A stretch of 64,000 bases of DNA from an uncultured Pseudobdellovibrionaceae bacterium. GTDB lineage: Bacteria > Bdellovibrionota > Bdellovibrionia > Bdellovibrionales > UBA1609. A program made the translations under genes and the position numbers. Under the pieces are notes generated by a model. It was not told the origin of the DNA. It made no database searches and saw only the letters and a program-made list of their open reading frames with translations. The stretch covers positions 608,001 to 672,000 of the forward strand of contig CAWDNU010000004.1 of the NCBI GenBank assembly GCA_963803705.1, read 5' to 3'. Below are positions 10,252-21,905 of this stretch, piece by piece; positions within the stretch are counted from its first letter, which is position 1; each line of letters opens with the position of its first letter.

Positions 10252-11013
10252 CTATTTTCCAAGGCTTAAAATTTGGGTGGTGTAAAGACGGCCACCTTCC
10301 GGTTGATCGCGATACTCTAAAACTACAACCTGACCCTGGCGGATTTTTTTTATCACCCCATTATTTCTTCCTACAGAATCGTTTTCATGAATGACGTATA
10401 CAGTTCCGGTGGGATCTTTGATCAGGGCTTTAGCCTTGGTTTTGGTGCTAATTAAAATTGCTGTTAACGTGAGTGCCGACAGTTCATATTTCATTAATCC
10501 AGCGCGCACTATCTGTTCTTCGGTTAGCACAACTTCATCATCACCTTGATAAACTGGCTCAGCGTTTTTTAGCTTAGGCTCGAACGGGTCACTACGGCCT
10601 CTTTCGTCGTAGATAAATGATGGAAAATAGTCTTGCTCACCAGTCATACTGTCCGGATTTAAATCACGTATTTGATTAGACAGACTTTTGGGGTTTTGAT
10701 CTTGGGGCAGGACACCATTATCGAATGAGTTTAGGCCTTGATCACTGGGCAACGGAGGTGCACCTTCCATAATGCCTTCAGTTGGAGTGCTGTCGTCTGG
10801 ATAGTCCTCCGAGTCCTCTTCCGAGGGTGACTTCTCATCTTCTGAATCATCAGAAATCTCATCAGAATCTTCTTCGTTTATGTCTTCACTAGTTGATGCC
10901 GGTGGGTCGAAAGAATTTTTGTCTAAGCCATCACTTTGAGCAAAAGCTGAGGTAGCAATGCCAATCGACAAACAGATCAAAATTACAGCTAGATACTGAC
11001 TATTTAACTTCAT
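10252..11013 (-). CDS. pilP: Pilus assembly protein PilP
   Basis: Signal peptide, RSDPF motif, C-terminal PilP beta domain (VGRNNGVIKKI); operon position. Confidence 0.85.
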   Translation of the reverse strand: MKLNSQYLAVILICLSIGIATSAFAQSDGLDKNSFDPPASTSEDINEEDSDEISDDSEDEKSPSEEDSEDYPDDSTPTEGIMEGAPPLPSDQGLNSFDNGVLPQDQNPKSLSNQIRDLNPDSMTGEQDYFPSFIYDERGRSDPFEPKLKNAEPVYQGDDEVVLTEEQIVRAGLMKYELSALTLTAILISTKTKAKALIKDPTGTVYVIHENDSVGRNNGVIKKIRQGQVVVLEYRDQPEGGRLYTTQILSLGK

Positions 11014-11690
11014 TGAGCCACCGCCGCGCCTTCAGCAGGTGGGGGAGCAGGAGCCAAAGCATCTGCATTAACGTCTTTAATAATTTCATAAGTTTCAAAG
11101 TCCGCCGAAAAATTAAGCTTGACGTTGGCTCTTCTTTTGACAATCTGATTCAAATCTTGGCCACTTTTTAGTTGAATTTCTTTTAGTGAAATAATTCGAT
11201 CAGTCCGAGATAAGTAGGATAGAAATCTCATAAGCTCAATGAAAGTCCCTGAAAAGTTAGCTTCAATAATACTTCTTTTAATATAAGCATCAGCACTAGG
11301 CTGAGGCACTGTACCAGCTGGCAGCGGAGCCACATAATCAGGTTGGTTATCTATAGCCCTCAAAGATGTGAATGAAATCCCAGTGGCACGGGCTTCTTCG
11401 GAAATTATCTGTTCAATATTTTTTGCATTTGGAGGCACAATAAAATAAGTGGACAAAGCTTTGATCTCTTTTTTAATAAGTTCAAGGTTAGCCTTAACCT
11501 GGTCACCTTCTGCAATAGCCCGATCCAAACTTTTGATTTCGCCATCAAGAGCTATTAGTTGCTGCTCAAAATTAGAAATTACGGCCAACTCATTTGGAGG
11601 CTTAAAATAAAAAACATAATAAAGAATAGGTAAGCCTATTGCGATAGCCAGCACATACTTAATGCTAAGATTGCGTATGCTATCCTCCAC
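11010..11690 (-). CDS. pilO: Pilus assembly protein PilO
   Basis: N-terminal TM, coiled coil, GTFIELMRFL...RII; operon position. Confidence 0.85.
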   Translation of the reverse strand: MEDSIRNLSIKYVLAIAIGLPILYYVFYFKPPNELAVISNFEQQLIALDGEIKSLDRAIAEGDQVKANLELIKKEIKALSTYFIVPPNAKNIEQIISEEARATGISFTSLRAIDNQPDYVAPLPAGTVPQPSADAYIKRSIIEANFSGTFIELMRFLSYLSRTDRIISLKEIQLKSGQDLNQIVKRRANVKLNFSADFETYEIIKDVNADALAPAPPPAEGAAVAQ

Positions 11691-12330
11691 GGCGCGCCTC
11701 GGCGTTAAAGTTGGCTTTCATTTTAAACGAAGTTACAGAATCCCCGTTCTGCGTTTTTTCTTCAATCGAATTATAAATTAGAATATTCCTAAAATAGGCA
11801 CTATCTTCAAAGTTTTTTTGAAAGACAGTTAACGCCTTATCTGACACTGAGTAACCTGCCACGTCTATCCGAGTACGATCTAAATCTACGCTGGTGACCC
11901 AAATCTGTGTCGGTAATAAATCTTGCAACTGATCTAAAATTTTAATTCCATGCAGTTTCTCGTAACTAATTTTTTTAAATTCGTCTAAGATAGGCTTTCT
12001 GTAGTCGTACTCTGTTTTGAGTAGACTTAAAGCATCAACTATGGTTTTTTTCTCGTCGCGAATTGTCTGCGTTCTCTGCACCTCTTCGGTAATTCGGCTT
12101 ACTTTAACTTGCGCATCCTTTTTAATTTTCATCTCATAGAAATAAAACAGAGCAACAGGAATCACTATTATCAATAGCTTTATCGCTGGTCCCACCTCTG
12201 GCTCGGCAAAGTTATCTCCGATAGATAAAATGTCTTTATAGCCTCGGTGACTTGTATTTTCTATTGCCCCGGTGTGGGCCTGATCAGTTTTATCTTTAAG
12301 TAGGTTGACCTTAATCATCGTCACCCTCAC
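11680..12330 (-). CDS. pilN: Pilus assembly protein PilN
   Basis: MIKVNLL PilM-binding motif, TM helix, LPTQIW. Confidence 0.88.
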   Translation of the reverse strand: MRVTMIKVNLLKDKTDQAHTGAIENTSHRGYKDILSIGDNFAEPEVGPAIKLLIIVIPVALFYFYEMKIKKDAQVKVSRITEEVQRTQTIRDEKKTIVDALSLLKTEYDYRKPILDEFKKISYEKLHGIKILDQLQDLLPTQIWVTSVDLDRTRIDVAGYSVSDKALTVFQKNFEDSAYFRNILIYNSIEEKTQNGDSVTSFKMKANFNAEARRGG

Positions 12331-13357
12331 GTCTTAAAGCGAGACCCATCGACACTGCTCCAGTTTTTTGGAATGTCTGTACATCTTCAATGGATGGTGA
12401 TGCTTGGAGGTTTCTCATTGGATTAAGAAACTCGCAGGGGATATCTAGAGTTTGCTGTAGAACTTCGAGCAGGCCAGCTGCGTATGCTGCCTTACCTGTT
12501 AAAAAGATGTTTGTAATATTAACGCCTTGAGTTGTATTTATGAAGAACTCGAAACTTCCTTGGATCTGATCGGCTATGGTTGCAAAGCTAACTTCAATAG
12601 CTTTTGCAACCTCGTCTGGCACATTTGCACCAAGTTTAAACCTCTCGGCCTCTTCATATGAAATGTCCATGGCACTCTGTATTTCTTGATTTATGAGGAC
12701 GCCACCTACCGGCAAGTCTCTGCAAAATACTACGTCCCCGCTTTGAACCACAACGAAGTGAGAGTAAAAAGCACCGATATCGATTAAGGCAACAGCTTGG
12801 CCTTGAATCTTTCCGTAGTTGAAAGCAAAGCAATTAGCTAGTGCGAAGCCATTTACATCAACAGTAGAAACTTTAAAATTTCCCGCAGAGCTCACCACAT
12901 CCACCAAAGATTGGATTTGATCTTTCTGTGCAGCTACAATCAATATGTCGTTTGAATCATCGCCAGATTCTGATGATTCTAAGACTACATAATCCAAATT
13001 CACTGAGCTTAAATCAAAAGGAATATATTGCTCAGCCTCCCATCTAACTTGGTCAGCAATAAGCTGATTTTCAATTTTGGGTATGGTTACTTTTTTCACC
13101 ATTACCGAGGAGCCAGAAAGGCCCACTACGACCTCGCATTTTTTTAACTTCAATGACTTGAATAACCTGATAAGTGTTTCAAGCAATGCCTCTGGAGGAA
13201 GAGTCTCACCAGAGCTCAGGCTATTACCGATTATAGGTTCCTCGATATATTTAACAAGCTGGCTTGCAGATTGGGTTACCTTAACTACGGATGCTCGAAT
13301 TGAGCTTGCGCCAATATCTAGTCCAACTATTAATTTACTAGAACCGAATAAAGCCAA
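12311..13357 (-). CDS. pilM: Pilus assembly protein PilM
   Basis: VGLDIGASSI, WEAEQYIPF and LIDIGA actin-like motifs. Confidence 0.93.
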   Translation of the reverse strand: MALFGSSKLIVGLDIGASSIRASVVKVTQSASQLVKYIEEPIIGNSLSSGETLPPEALLETLIRLFKSLKLKKCEVVVGLSGSSVMVKKVTIPKIENQLIADQVRWEAEQYIPFDLSSVNLDYVVLESSESGDDSNDILIVAAQKDQIQSLVDVVSSAGNFKVSTVDVNGFALANCFAFNYGKIQGQAVALIDIGAFYSHFVVVQSGDVVFCRDLPVGGVLINQEIQSAMDISYEEAERFKLGANVPDEVAKAIEVSFATIADQIQGSFEFFINTTQGVNITNIFLTGKAAYAAGLLEVLQQTLDIPCEFLNPMRNLQASPSIEDVQTFQKTGAVSMGLALRREGDDD

Positions 13358-13499
13358 AGTGTTGTGTTCCTCAAAAGTTGCTTGTCAAATTAAACTCTTA
13401 CTCAATTTAAATTACATCGAACTAGACTAAAAGTGTCAAAGGTCTTCAGTAGTAACAACTGTATCACATCCCAGACTAAGATCACAATTGAGGTCTAGA

Positions 13500-14243
13500 T
13501 TAGAAGTTCAAGAAGAAGTACACATAACCTGAAAATATCAGAAAAGGCCCAAATGGAATAACAAAAGTTTTTGAGTTCTTTCCTTTGAAAATCAAAAAGT
13601 ACGCACCAACAACTGTTCCAGCTACACTCGATGAGAATAAGATAAAAGAAATGCTCTTGAAACCAAGTAAAGCTCCAAGCCAAGCAAGTAACTTTATGTC
13701 ACCACCGCCCATGCCATCAACGCCTCTCCATTTTTTGTATGAGTAAGCAAGTAGCCACAATAGTCCTCCCCCCAGTAGAGCACCTACGAAAGATTCGGTG
13801 TAATTGGGGTTAGAATTGATTAATGATATTAACAATGCCAGAGCAATACCAGGCAGGGTCATAACGTCGGGCAAATACATATGCTTCAGATCAATAAAGA
13901 AACATGGCACAGCCAGTGCAGTGAAAATCATCATATTTAAGGTGGTAAGGCTTAATCCTGATTTGTAGAATACTGCAGCAAAAATCAACCCAGTAAGTAA
14001 CTCTACCAAAGGATAGACAATCGAAATTGCAGCTTTACACTCTGCACACTTTCCCCTTAAAAAAATCCAAGAGATAACCGGTATATTTTGGTAGGGCTTT
14101 ATCGGAGCTTCGCAAGTTGGGCATCTGCTTCTAGGTTTTACAAAGCTTTGCTCCTTTGGCCAACGATAAATCACCACATTAGCAAAACTACCGAAACAGA
14201 CTCCGATGACAAACGAAAAAGAAAGATATAAGTAATCAACCAT
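13500..14243 (-). CDS. pilD: Prepilin peptidase
   Basis: GSFANVVIYR, two CxxC zinc motifs, GMGGGDIKL. Confidence 0.95.
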   Translation of the reverse strand: MVDYLYLSFSFVIGVCFGSFANVVIYRWPKEQSFVKPRSRCPTCEAPIKPYQNIPVISWIFLRGKCAECKAAISIVYPLVELLTGLIFAAVFYKSGLSLTTLNMMIFTALAVPCFFIDLKHMYLPDVMTLPGIALALLISLINSNPNYTESFVGALLGGGLLWLLAYSYKKWRGVDGMGGGDIKLLAWLGALLGFKSISFILFSSSVAGTVVGAYFLIFKGKNSKTFVIPFGPFLIFSGYVYFFLNF

Positions 14244-14311
14244 TGTAAGTAGACTACTTCAATCTTGAACAATTTGAAAATGAAAAACAATTACGTTCTA
14301 GAGATAGAGCT

Positions 14312-15082
14312 CTATCCTAAATCTTTTTTGTTAAACACAACAATTCCAAGACATAAAAATATTATGACCCAGCATAAGCCGTAGGCCAAAGAAAACAGAT
14401 AGACTTGAGGCTCGGACCATTCACCATAAGTTAAATGAGATTTCCAGTTTAAACTTTCTAAATTTGGTATGACCCAAGAAATGAATGGGCCGATTGTTTT
14501 AAGCCATGGACCTGAATTTTCCTTTATCAAGTACTCCAAAGTTTGCACCCAATGAGTTGTCAGAAAGAAGCAAAAAGATAAACCTGTGGTTAGCAAAGAT
14601 GAAGTTAAGAGAGATATCAGAAGAGCAAAGGAAAACAAAACCAGGGCCTCTACAAAAATTCCGCTAAATGGAATAAGTATTTTTAAAGACCACTCTAAAC
14701 CTGTCAAAAAAGATGTCAGAAAAAAAAAGCCACTTAAAATTCCTAAAGTGACTGACAAACTAAAGACAAATCCAATGAACTTAGATAGTAAATACTGGCT
14801 TCTAGTTATATCTTTAGATAAAAATATAAAAGCCGTTTGGTTTTCTAGTTCCTCTTTTAACAATGATGCTCCTGACAAAACAGCTAGAAAAATTGCACCT
14901 ACTTGAGCTCCTGCTAACCCAAAATTAATAGAAAGTCTTTTTTCTTCTTCAAATCCTAATGGACCAAGAAGCAAACTTAACAAGGTTAATAAAGCGCCTA
15001 TGCTTAAGCCCACAAAATAGATTTTTTTGTGAGACAAACTCATAAAAGTAAAGTGGCTTAAGCTAAGTAGTTGAGACCGCAT
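14312..15082 (-). CDS. pilI: ABC-2 type permease, PilI-like
   Basis: About 6 TM helices, SKFIG motif, lies between the ABC ATPase and pilD. Confidence 0.7.
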   Translation of the reverse strand: MRSQLLSLSHFTFMSLSHKKIYFVGLSIGALLTLLSLLLGPLGFEEEKRLSINFGLAGAQVGAIFLAVLSGASLLKEELENQTAFIFLSKDITRSQYLLSKFIGFVFSLSVTLGILSGFFFLTSFLTGLEWSLKILIPFSGIFVEALVLFSFALLISLLTSSLLTTGLSFCFFLTTHWVQTLEYLIKENSGPWLKTIGPFISWVIPNLESLNWKSHLTYGEWSEPQVYLFSLAYGLCWVIIFLCLGIVVFNKKDLG

Positions 15083-15938
15083 TATTACCTTCCAATAGCA
15101 TTTTATAAATATCTGTTAACTCTTGATTATCAGGCCGCAAGTTCCATACACGGTGACCTTGATCCAACAAAGATTTAAGAGTTGGGCTAAGCTCTGACTC
15201 TTGCACCTTAAGGCTTAAAAGTTCGCCGGTGCTGGCCGACTTATAATCTAAACTAAAAGTTGTGGTTTTAAGTAAGCTTCGAACGTCTCCTTTGTATAAG
15301 ACTTTGCCGGCTTTAATAACAACTAAATAATCACAAACTTTTTGTACATCTTCCAACAAATGGCTGGTCAAAAAAATACTCTTTCCTTTTTTTGCATAAG
15401 CCTTTAAAATCTGCACCGAGTTGATACGACTGTCTGGATCTAAACCGTTGAAAGGCTCGTCTAAAACCAGCAATTCAGGTTCTGACAGTAAAGCCTGTGC
15501 AAGAGCCAGACGTTGATTCATACCTTTGGAAAATCCACCGCAGGGCCTATCTTTGGCATAAAGTAAATCCACCATAGTTAGAGTCTCTTCAATTTTTTCT
15601 TTTTTGAAATTTTTGGATATTGCGCCAACGAACCCAAGTAACTCAATCGGAGTCAAAAAACCTGGAAAGCTTGGCTTTTCCGGCACGAAACCAACTCTAG
15701 ATCTGGCCTGGCTATACTTAAGATTTTCAAAGAAAAGAACATTTCCTGAAGTAGGCCTTACTAAATCTGTGGCAATTTTAATAAACGTGGATTTACCAGA
15801 ACCATTAGGACCAAGAAAGCATGTGACCGAGCCCTTAGGAATTTCGAAGCTAACGCCTTTTAAGGCCTCAACTTTTGCCGCTTTTAGCCCTACATAGTAA
15901 TCTTTTTTAACGTCTTCAACACGTATTACTGATTCCAT
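15063..15938 (-). CDS. pilH: ABC transporter ATPase, PilH-like
   Basis: GPNGSGKS, FSKGMNQR, LDEP. Confidence 0.75.
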   Translation of the reverse strand: MESVIRVEDVKKDYYVGLKAAKVEALKGVSFEIPKGSVTCFLGPNGSGKSTFIKIATDLVRPTSGNVLFFENLKYSQARSRVGFVPEKPSFPGFLTPIELLGFVGAISKNFKKEKIEETLTMVDLLYAKDRPCGGFSKGMNQRLALAQALLSEPELLVLDEPFNGLDPDSRINSVQILKAYAKKGKSIFLTSHLLEDVQKVCDYLVVIKAGKVLYKGDVRSLLKTTTFSLDYKSASTGELLSLKVQESELSPTLKSLLDQGHRVWNLRPDNQELTDIYKMLLEGNNAVSTT

Positions 15939-15971
15939 GAACTCACCTTAAGTTTCAATACCACTTCAGAA

Positions 15972-18900
15972 TTAAAGCTCTATTGCTTTTTGAAGCGGGT
16001 ATACATTCAATAGTCCCCTCTTTTGATTTTCCAAGGCAAGAAAAAAAGCTTCAGCAGCATCACTTTCTGTCAAACATGGTATGGAATAATCGATGCAACT
16101 CCTTCGAATGCCAAAGCTAGCATCGATAGACTGCTTTCCTGATGTGGTATTGATCACTAAAGCAACGTCTCCAGAGCGAATGCGATCGACGCAATGCGGA
16201 CGACCTTCATGAACTTTTTTAACCTTTAGGCAATCAATACCTTGGGCATTTAAAAAATCAGCAGTCCCACCGGTTGCACTAAATGTAAATCCCATTTTAC
16301 TGAAGTTTTTTATACTTGTAAGTAAATTTTCTTTGTCTTTGTTTCTTAAGCTTAAAAATATCTCGCCAGAATTCGGGAAAACAATCCCCGTTGAAAGCAT
16401 AGCTTTCAGCAAAGCCTCGTCGTAGGTTTCACCTCGACCCATGCTTTCTCCAGTTGATTTCATTTCCGGTCCCAAAATCGAGTCTGCATTTGGGAACTTT
16501 TTAAACGGAAAGCTAACCCCCTTTACAGAAACTTTATCTACATCTTTCCAATTGTATTTCTTAGGATCCACATTTATATCCAACATAGCTCGCAAACCCA
16601 GATCAATTAAAGGAATCCGGGTGGCCTTTGCTATGAAAGGTATAGTTCTAGAGCTTCTGGGATTTGCTTCGATCACATAGATCTGGTCGTCTTTTACAGC
16701 CAACTGTAAGTTTAGGAAACCTTTTACATCCATTTTGTCGGCGATTTTCAAACTGATCTCTTCAATTAAATCTTGGGTAGCAGGCTTAAGTCTTTGAGGT
16801 GGTAGCACTCCCATACTATCACCACTATGCACACCTGCAGCCTCTATATGCTCAATGACTCCGCCAATTAGCCTCCAGTTTCGACACCTGACCAAATCTA
16901 CATCAATTTCTAATGCATTTTCTAAAAACTGATCCAGCAGACATGGGGCTATATGACTGATATCACTACTATATTTTTTAAAATAATTGCTTAGTTCGTC
17001 TTCATTTTCGACAATCTCCATGCGTCGACCGCCTAAGACATAACTTGGTCGAACCATTACTGGAAAGCTGATACTTTGAGTTGCTTTTAAAGCTTCTTCG
17101 ATCGAAGAGACCATTGCAGCTTTAGGTATTTTAGCGTCACAAGATTCAACTATTTTCACGAACTGAGCGCGATCTTCTGCTAAGTCTATAGTTGCTAACG
17201 AAGATCCAAGAACTTCAAACCCAGCATCTTGTAAGAATGGAGCAAGCTTTAGTGGAGTCTGCCCACCAAGCTGACAAATAAAACTTTTAGGCTGGACGAG
17301 CTCACAAACTGCAATTACATATTCTGGCGTTAAGGGTTCAAAGAACAAAAAGTCAGAAGTGTCGTAATCCGTCGACACGGTCTCTGGGTTGGAATTTATC
17401 ATAACGACTTCGTAGCCCAAAGACTTAAGAGCCTTTACGCCTCTGACACAACCATAATCAAACTCTATACCCTGACCGATTCTATTTGGACCACTTCCTA
17501 GAATTACAATCTTTTCTTTTTCAGTTTTATTAAAGCAACTAAGGTCTTGCTTACCAGAGCCCCAATAGGTCGAATAAAAATAAGGAGTTTCAGAAGCAAA
17601 TTCGCCGGCACACGTATCGACTTGAAAAAAATAAGGTTTGATATTTTTTTTCAATCTCTTTGCTTTTATTTCTGTCTCTGGAAGCTCAACAAGTTCTGCG
17701 ATAGAGTGGTCGGTGAAGGCAAAGCGCTTAGCATTCAAAAGCACGTCTGATAGCTGTGAAGATTTTATCACCTCTTCAAATTTCACTAAAGTTTCAAACT
17801 GTTCTAAGAACCACGGATGAATTTGAGTGAGCTCGTGAATTTCCTCTAACGAAACGCCGCTTCGGAATGCTTCAAAAAGGTGGATCATTCTTTTGCTGTT
17901 AGGATAACTTAATTTACTTTTGTCTAATGTCACAAGGGACTTCGAACTATGCTCTTTTTCAAGAGATTGAAATGCTTTATTGAAGGACTCTTTGAAGGTA
18001 CGACCGATGCCCATAACTTCGCCGACACTCTTCATTTGGGTGGTCAGCAAATCTTCAGATCCAGAAAACTTTTCAAAATCAAACCTTGGAATTTTAACAA
18101 CCACATAATCTAGCGCTGGCTCGTAGCAAGAAGGAGTGGTTCCTGTGATGTCATTTCTAAGCTCGTCCAAGGTTTTGCCAATTGCCAGTAAAGCAGCAAT
18201 TTTTGCAATCGGAAAACCTGTGGCCTTGCTTGCAAGCGCAGAGGATCTACTAACCCTGGGATTCATCTCTATCACTACTCTTTGTCTGGTCACTGGGTGC
18301 ACAGCAAATTGAATATTTGAGCCCCCAGTTTGAATCCCCACTTCAGCTATAATTTCCTGGGCCTCATCGCGCATCTCTTGATACTCTTGATCAGTCAAAG
18401 TCTGTTGTGGCGCAACAGTTATGCTGTCTCCAGTATGCACTCCACACGGGTCCACATTTTCTATTGAACATATAACTACAAAGGTTCCGTTGCAGTCTCG
18501 CATAACCTCTAGCTCGTATTCAGACCAACCCAATAAACTTTTTTCAACCAAAACTTCCGATGTAGGGCTTTCATGTAATGCATTAGCAAGCTTTTCTTTG
18601 TACTCTTCAACGGAGTAAGCGACTCCACCACCCCCGCCGCCAAGGGTGTAATTAGGCCTCAGAATAATTGGGAATTCAAAATCTTCGATCTCTTGCATAC
18701 CTTGCTCGAAGGTGCTCACTTGCACACTTTGTGCTTTTTTTGCACCTACTTTTTCTAAGACTTTGTTAAACTGTTCACGATCTTCTGCTTTCTGAATTGC
18801 GACCGGATCTGCACCCAACATCTCGATCCCTAATTTTTCAAAGATGCCATCAGCGTGAAGCTCTAAGGCTAGGTTTAGTGCTGTCTGACCGCCTAACGTA

Positions 18901-19169
18901 GGTATTACTGCTTGTGGTTTTTCATTTTCTAAGATTTTAATTAAATATTTCTTTTTCAAAGGTTCTACATAAACTTTTGAGGCTACATCTGGATCTGTCA
19001 TAATAGTGGCTGGATTTGAATTCACCAATACCACTTCGATCCCAAGTTGAGTAAGTGCTTTACAAGCTTGTGTGCCGGAGTAATCAAACTCACAAGCTTG
19101 ACCGATCACAATGGGACCACTTCCAATGATCAGGACTTTCTTATATTTGTGCTCAACATTTTGGTTCAT
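15972..19169 (-). CDS. carB: Carbamoyl-phosphate synthase large subunit
   Basis: [17 protein letters not shown], duplicated ATP-grasp domains, MGS domain. Confidence 0.98.
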   Translation of the reverse strand: MNQNVEHKYKKVLIIGSGPIVIGQACEFDYSGTQACKALTQLGIEVVLVNSNPATIMTDPDVASKVYVEPLKKKYLIKILENEKPQAVIPTLGGQTALNLALELHADGIFEKLGIEMLGADPVAIQKAEDREQFNKVLEKVGAKKAQSVQVSTFEQGMQEIEDFEFPIILRPNYTLGGGGGGVAYSVEEYKEKLANALHESPTSEVLVEKSLLGWSEYELEVMRDCNGTFVVICSIENVDPCGVHTGDSITVAPQQTLTDQEYQEMRDEAQEIIAEVGIQTGGSNIQFAVHPVTRQRVVIEMNPRVSRSSALASKATGFPIAKIAALLAIGKTLDELRNDITGTTPSCYEPALDYVVVKIPRFDFEKFSGSEDLLTTQMKSVGEVMGIGRTFKESFNKAFQSLEKEHSSKSLVTLDKSKLSYPNSKRMIHLFEAFRSGVSLEEIHELTQIHPWFLEQFETLVKFEEVIKSSQLSDVLLNAKRFAFTDHSIAELVELPETEIKAKRLKKNIKPYFFQVDTCAGEFASETPYFYSTYWGSGKQDLSCFNKTEKEKIVILGSGPNRIGQGIEFDYGCVRGVKALKSLGYEVVMINSNPETVSTDYDTSDFLFFEPLTPEYVIAVCELVQPKSFICQLGGQTPLKLAPFLQDAGFEVLGSSLATIDLAEDRAQFVKIVESCDAKIPKAAMVSSIEEALKATQSISFPVMVRPSYVLGGRRMEIVENEDELSNYFKKYSSDISHIAPCLLDQFLENALEIDVDLVRCRNWRLIGGVIEHIEAAGVHSGDSMGVLPPQRLKPATQDLIEEISLKIADKMDVKGFLNLQLAVKDDQIYVIEANPRSSRTIPFIAKATRIPLIDLGLRAMLDINVDPKKYNWKDVDKVSVKGVSFPFKKFPNADSILGPEMKSTGESMGRGETYDEALLKAMLSTGIVFPNSGEIFLSLRNKDKENLLTSIKNFSKMGFTFSATGGTADFLNAQGIDCLKVKKVHEGRPHCVDRIRSGDVALVINTTSGKQSIDASFGIRRSCIDYSIPCLTESDAAEAFFLALENQKRGLLNVYPLQKAIEL

Positions 19170-19852
19170 GGACTTACCTGTGGTTTACGTTCGAATAGTG
19201 GTTCGTCAGAGTAAATTTTTTGTATATTTACTTGCCTGAATCTTAGCGCTCGATAGTACATCTTAAAAATGTTTTCTAAAAACTTAAATTTAATTTCTTC
19301 TTTTAAATCTAAATTCTTTTCTTTTCTAAGTAGCTTAATTTTCTTGTCGATATACTTTCTAGCTAGCGGGGGATGGACGACTAAACTTCCACCAAAGTAA
19401 CGTTTACCTTCAAGATGGTAAACTCGAGTTTGGATATAGTCATTCTTTTCCAGAATAAGTTGAACGTTCTGATCAAAAATATAGTGCTTAGTTCGAAGTA
19501 TTAAATCGCGCACTTTTATCTGATCCTTGTAAGATTTGATATGTTGAAAGATGCTTAAGTAAGACTGATCGATCGCTTTCATTATGGGCTCTGGAAGATT
19601 AACTATTGACCTGAAAGAGTCCGATGCCATCATTTTTTTTGGCGACAGATCGCCACTGTCTATGTCTCCGGGGTACAAAAACAAAAACCAATCCCTGAAC
19701 TGAGACCATTTCATCTCTATGTCCAGGTTATCCTCGTCGAAAGGACCTGCAAAATCAATAAATTGAACTTTTGCTTTACCCATCATAGGAACGTATTCTG
19801 GTTTTGAAAACTCTGAAAATATTTGATCTAAATGTTCATTAAACTGAGCCAT
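19166..19852 (-). CDS. Hypothetical protein between carA and carB (probable start MAQFNEH at 19852)
   Basis: Open frame overlapping the carA stop and the carB start; no motif recognised. Confidence 0.75.
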   Translation of the reverse strand: MAQFNEHLDQIFSEFSKPEYVPMMGKAKVQFIDFAGPFDEDNLDIEMKWSQFRDWFLFLYPGDIDSGDLSPKKMMASDSFRSIVNLPEPIMKAIDQSYLSIFQHIKSYKDQIKVRDLILRTKHYIFDQNVQLILEKNDYIQTRVYHLEGKRYFGGSLVVHPPLARKYIDKKIKLLRKEKNLDLKEEIKFKFLENIFKMYYRALRFRQVNIQKIYSDEPLFERKPQVSP

Positions 19853-20933
19853 AACCAACCATATCCTTAATAAAGTAATCAAATAAATTTTCTGCATCAT
19901 GGGGCCCCGGGTGACTCTCTGGGTGAAACTGAACACTCATGCACTTCATATTTTTAGAACGGATACCGGCAATAGTTTGGTCATTTAAATTGACATGAGT
20001 TACTTCGATATCGTCTACATGCTCCCCAGTGTCTTCTACAGCATAGCCATGATTTTGCGCCGTCACGTAAACTTTACCTAAAATACTATCTTTGATTGGG
20101 TGGTTGCTACCTCGATGTCCAAACTTTAAAGAGTAAGTATTGTAACCTAATGATAGTGATAAAAGCTGATGTCCCATGCAAATACCAAATATGGGATATT
20201 TGCCTAGTAAAGATTTAATAGTGTCCAAGGCCTTGATCACGTTTTTAGGGTCACCAGGCCCGTTAGAAAGCAAAATCCCATCTGGGGACCAAGCTTCTAT
20301 AGCTTCAAAACTTATTCTTGAGGGAAACACACAGATCTCGCTACTTCTTTTTTGTAGCTCGCGAAGAATGTTCATCTTAAATCCGAAATCAAGCATCGCA
20401 ATCTTTGGACCTTTAGAGTCTGATCCTTTATATCTTGTGGGTTCCTTGACGCTCACCAAATGAGCCCAATCCTTTTCTTTCATTTTGGCCTGCTCAATCA
20501 AAGTTTTAGCTTCAGCGATGGCTTCCGATTCAGTTTTTTCTTGTACCAGTGCACCCCAAACAGTGCCTTTGTCTCTGAGTCTAAAAATTAGCTTACGTGT
20601 GTCTATCTCTGTTAGCACCGGGATCTGCTGATGGGTCAACCTGTTAAGCCATGAAGAATCCCGTTTAGAATTTTGAATCTCTAGACATACAAATCCTCGG
20701 ATATGGATTTGTGAAGACTCCCAAACTTTGTCCTCTACCCCATAGTTTCCTTGCATTGGAGCTGAGGTCACTAAAATCTGAGAAAAATAAGAGGGATCAG
20801 TTGCCATCTCTTCAAAACCAGTATGGCTTGTGTTAAAGACAATTTCCCCGGCTCGCGCGGATCCACCCATCCACATACCTTGGTACACTTCGCCAGTTTC
20901 AAGAACTAAAAAGCCATTCATATAGTGCTCCAA
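19839..20933 (-). CDS. carA: Carbamoyl-phosphate synthase small subunit
   Basis: TDPSY, SNGPGDP, GICMGHQ, QFHPE. Confidence 0.97.
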   Translation of the reverse strand: MEHYMNGFLVLETGEVYQGMWMGGSARAGEIVFNTSHTGFEEMATDPSYFSQILVTSAPMQGNYGVEDKVWESSQIHIRGFVCLEIQNSKRDSSWLNRLTHQQIPVLTEIDTRKLIFRLRDKGTVWGALVQEKTESEAIAEAKTLIEQAKMKEKDWAHLVSVKEPTRYKGSDSKGPKIAMLDFGFKMNILRELQKRSSEICVFPSRISFEAIEAWSPDGILLSNGPGDPKNVIKALDTIKSLLGKYPIFGICMGHQLLSLSLGYNTYSLKFGHRGSNHPIKDSILGKVYVTAQNHGYAVEDTGEHVDDIEVTHVNLNDQTIAGIRSKNMKCMSVQFHPESHPGPHDAENLFDYFIKDMVGYGSV

Positions 20934-21811
20934 ATTTTTTTAAAAATCATAGCTCGTATATACAAGCCATTTTCTTTCTGCTTCCAAATCAATGACTGGG
21001 AGCTTTCTGGCAAGCCAGATTCAAATTCTTCTGGTCTTAAAAAGGGACCGGGATGCATAAGAAACTTTTTCTTATTCTGCAAATGCGATGATGTGATTTT
21101 GAAAGATGCCCCCAAGTCGTGTGATCCCCTTTCTTTTTGAGTCCGTAGCTTTATTATAAAATCTGCTTGTTCAGCAGCTAAGTCTAAACTTTCGATATTT
21201 TCCATCGCTTTGGAACTATGAGCCTTATCTGAACACTGTAAAACTTTGTATCCAAGTTTTTTAGACAGCTCCAGATGTGACCCCACGACTCTACTAGTTC
21301 CCGTGTCCCCTACAAATAAAACTGCCATATCTTCAAATCTTTTACCAGTTGCCTCTTTCATTGTAAAAGCATCTAAAAGGGCTTGAGTTGGGTGAAAATT
21401 TTGACCTAAGCCTGCACACACAAATGGAATTTTTGTTTGATTCATAAAAAGATCGATATCTGGGTTGGACTTGGATCTAAAAATGATCAGATCAGGCCTT
21501 AAAGCTTCAAAGACTCTAAGGGAGTCGAGTACTGACTCGCCCTTGCTTAAACTTGTAGATTCATCCATCTGGAAATGACTTATCTTTATATTTAATCTTT
21601 GGGCGGCTAGCTCGAAACTCACCCGAGTCCTTGTGCTTGCTTCAAAGAATATCTGTACAATAAGTTTGGGATCTTTTATTTGCTCAGCATCCCAGCCACT
21701 TGTTAAAACCCTATTTTTGAGTTTTTCGGTGGATTCAAAAAAATCGAGTATATCTGATGAAGGAAGATCATTAAAAGAGCAAAGTTTTTCGAACATTTCA
21801 AAGCTTGACAC
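20918..21811 (-). CDS. pyrB: Aspartate carbamoyltransferase catalytic subunit (divergent)
   Basis: FFEASTRTRVSFE, SLSKGES, HPTQALLD, LRTQKER, HPGP. Confidence 0.9.
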   Translation of the reverse strand: MSSFEMFEKLCSFNDLPSSDILDFFESTEKLKNRVLTSGWDAEQIKDPKLIVQIFFEASTRTRVSFELAAQRLNIKISHFQMDESTSLSKGESVLDSLRVFEALRPDLIIFRSKSNPDIDLFMNQTKIPFVCAGLGQNFHPTQALLDAFTMKEATGKRFEDMAVLFVGDTGTSRVVGSHLELSKKLGYKVLQCSDKAHSSKAMENIESLDLAAEQADFIIKLRTQKERGSHDLGASFKITSSHLQNKKKFLMHPGPFLRPEEFESGLPESSQSLIWKQKENGLYIRAMIFKKIWSTI

Positions 21812-21905
21812 TACTTACTATCCTGACCGGCGTCCAGTATTAACACCAAGATAATTAACTAATTTGATGACTTAGACTAATTAGCGAAGGCCTCAGTCAA
21901 AGAAA

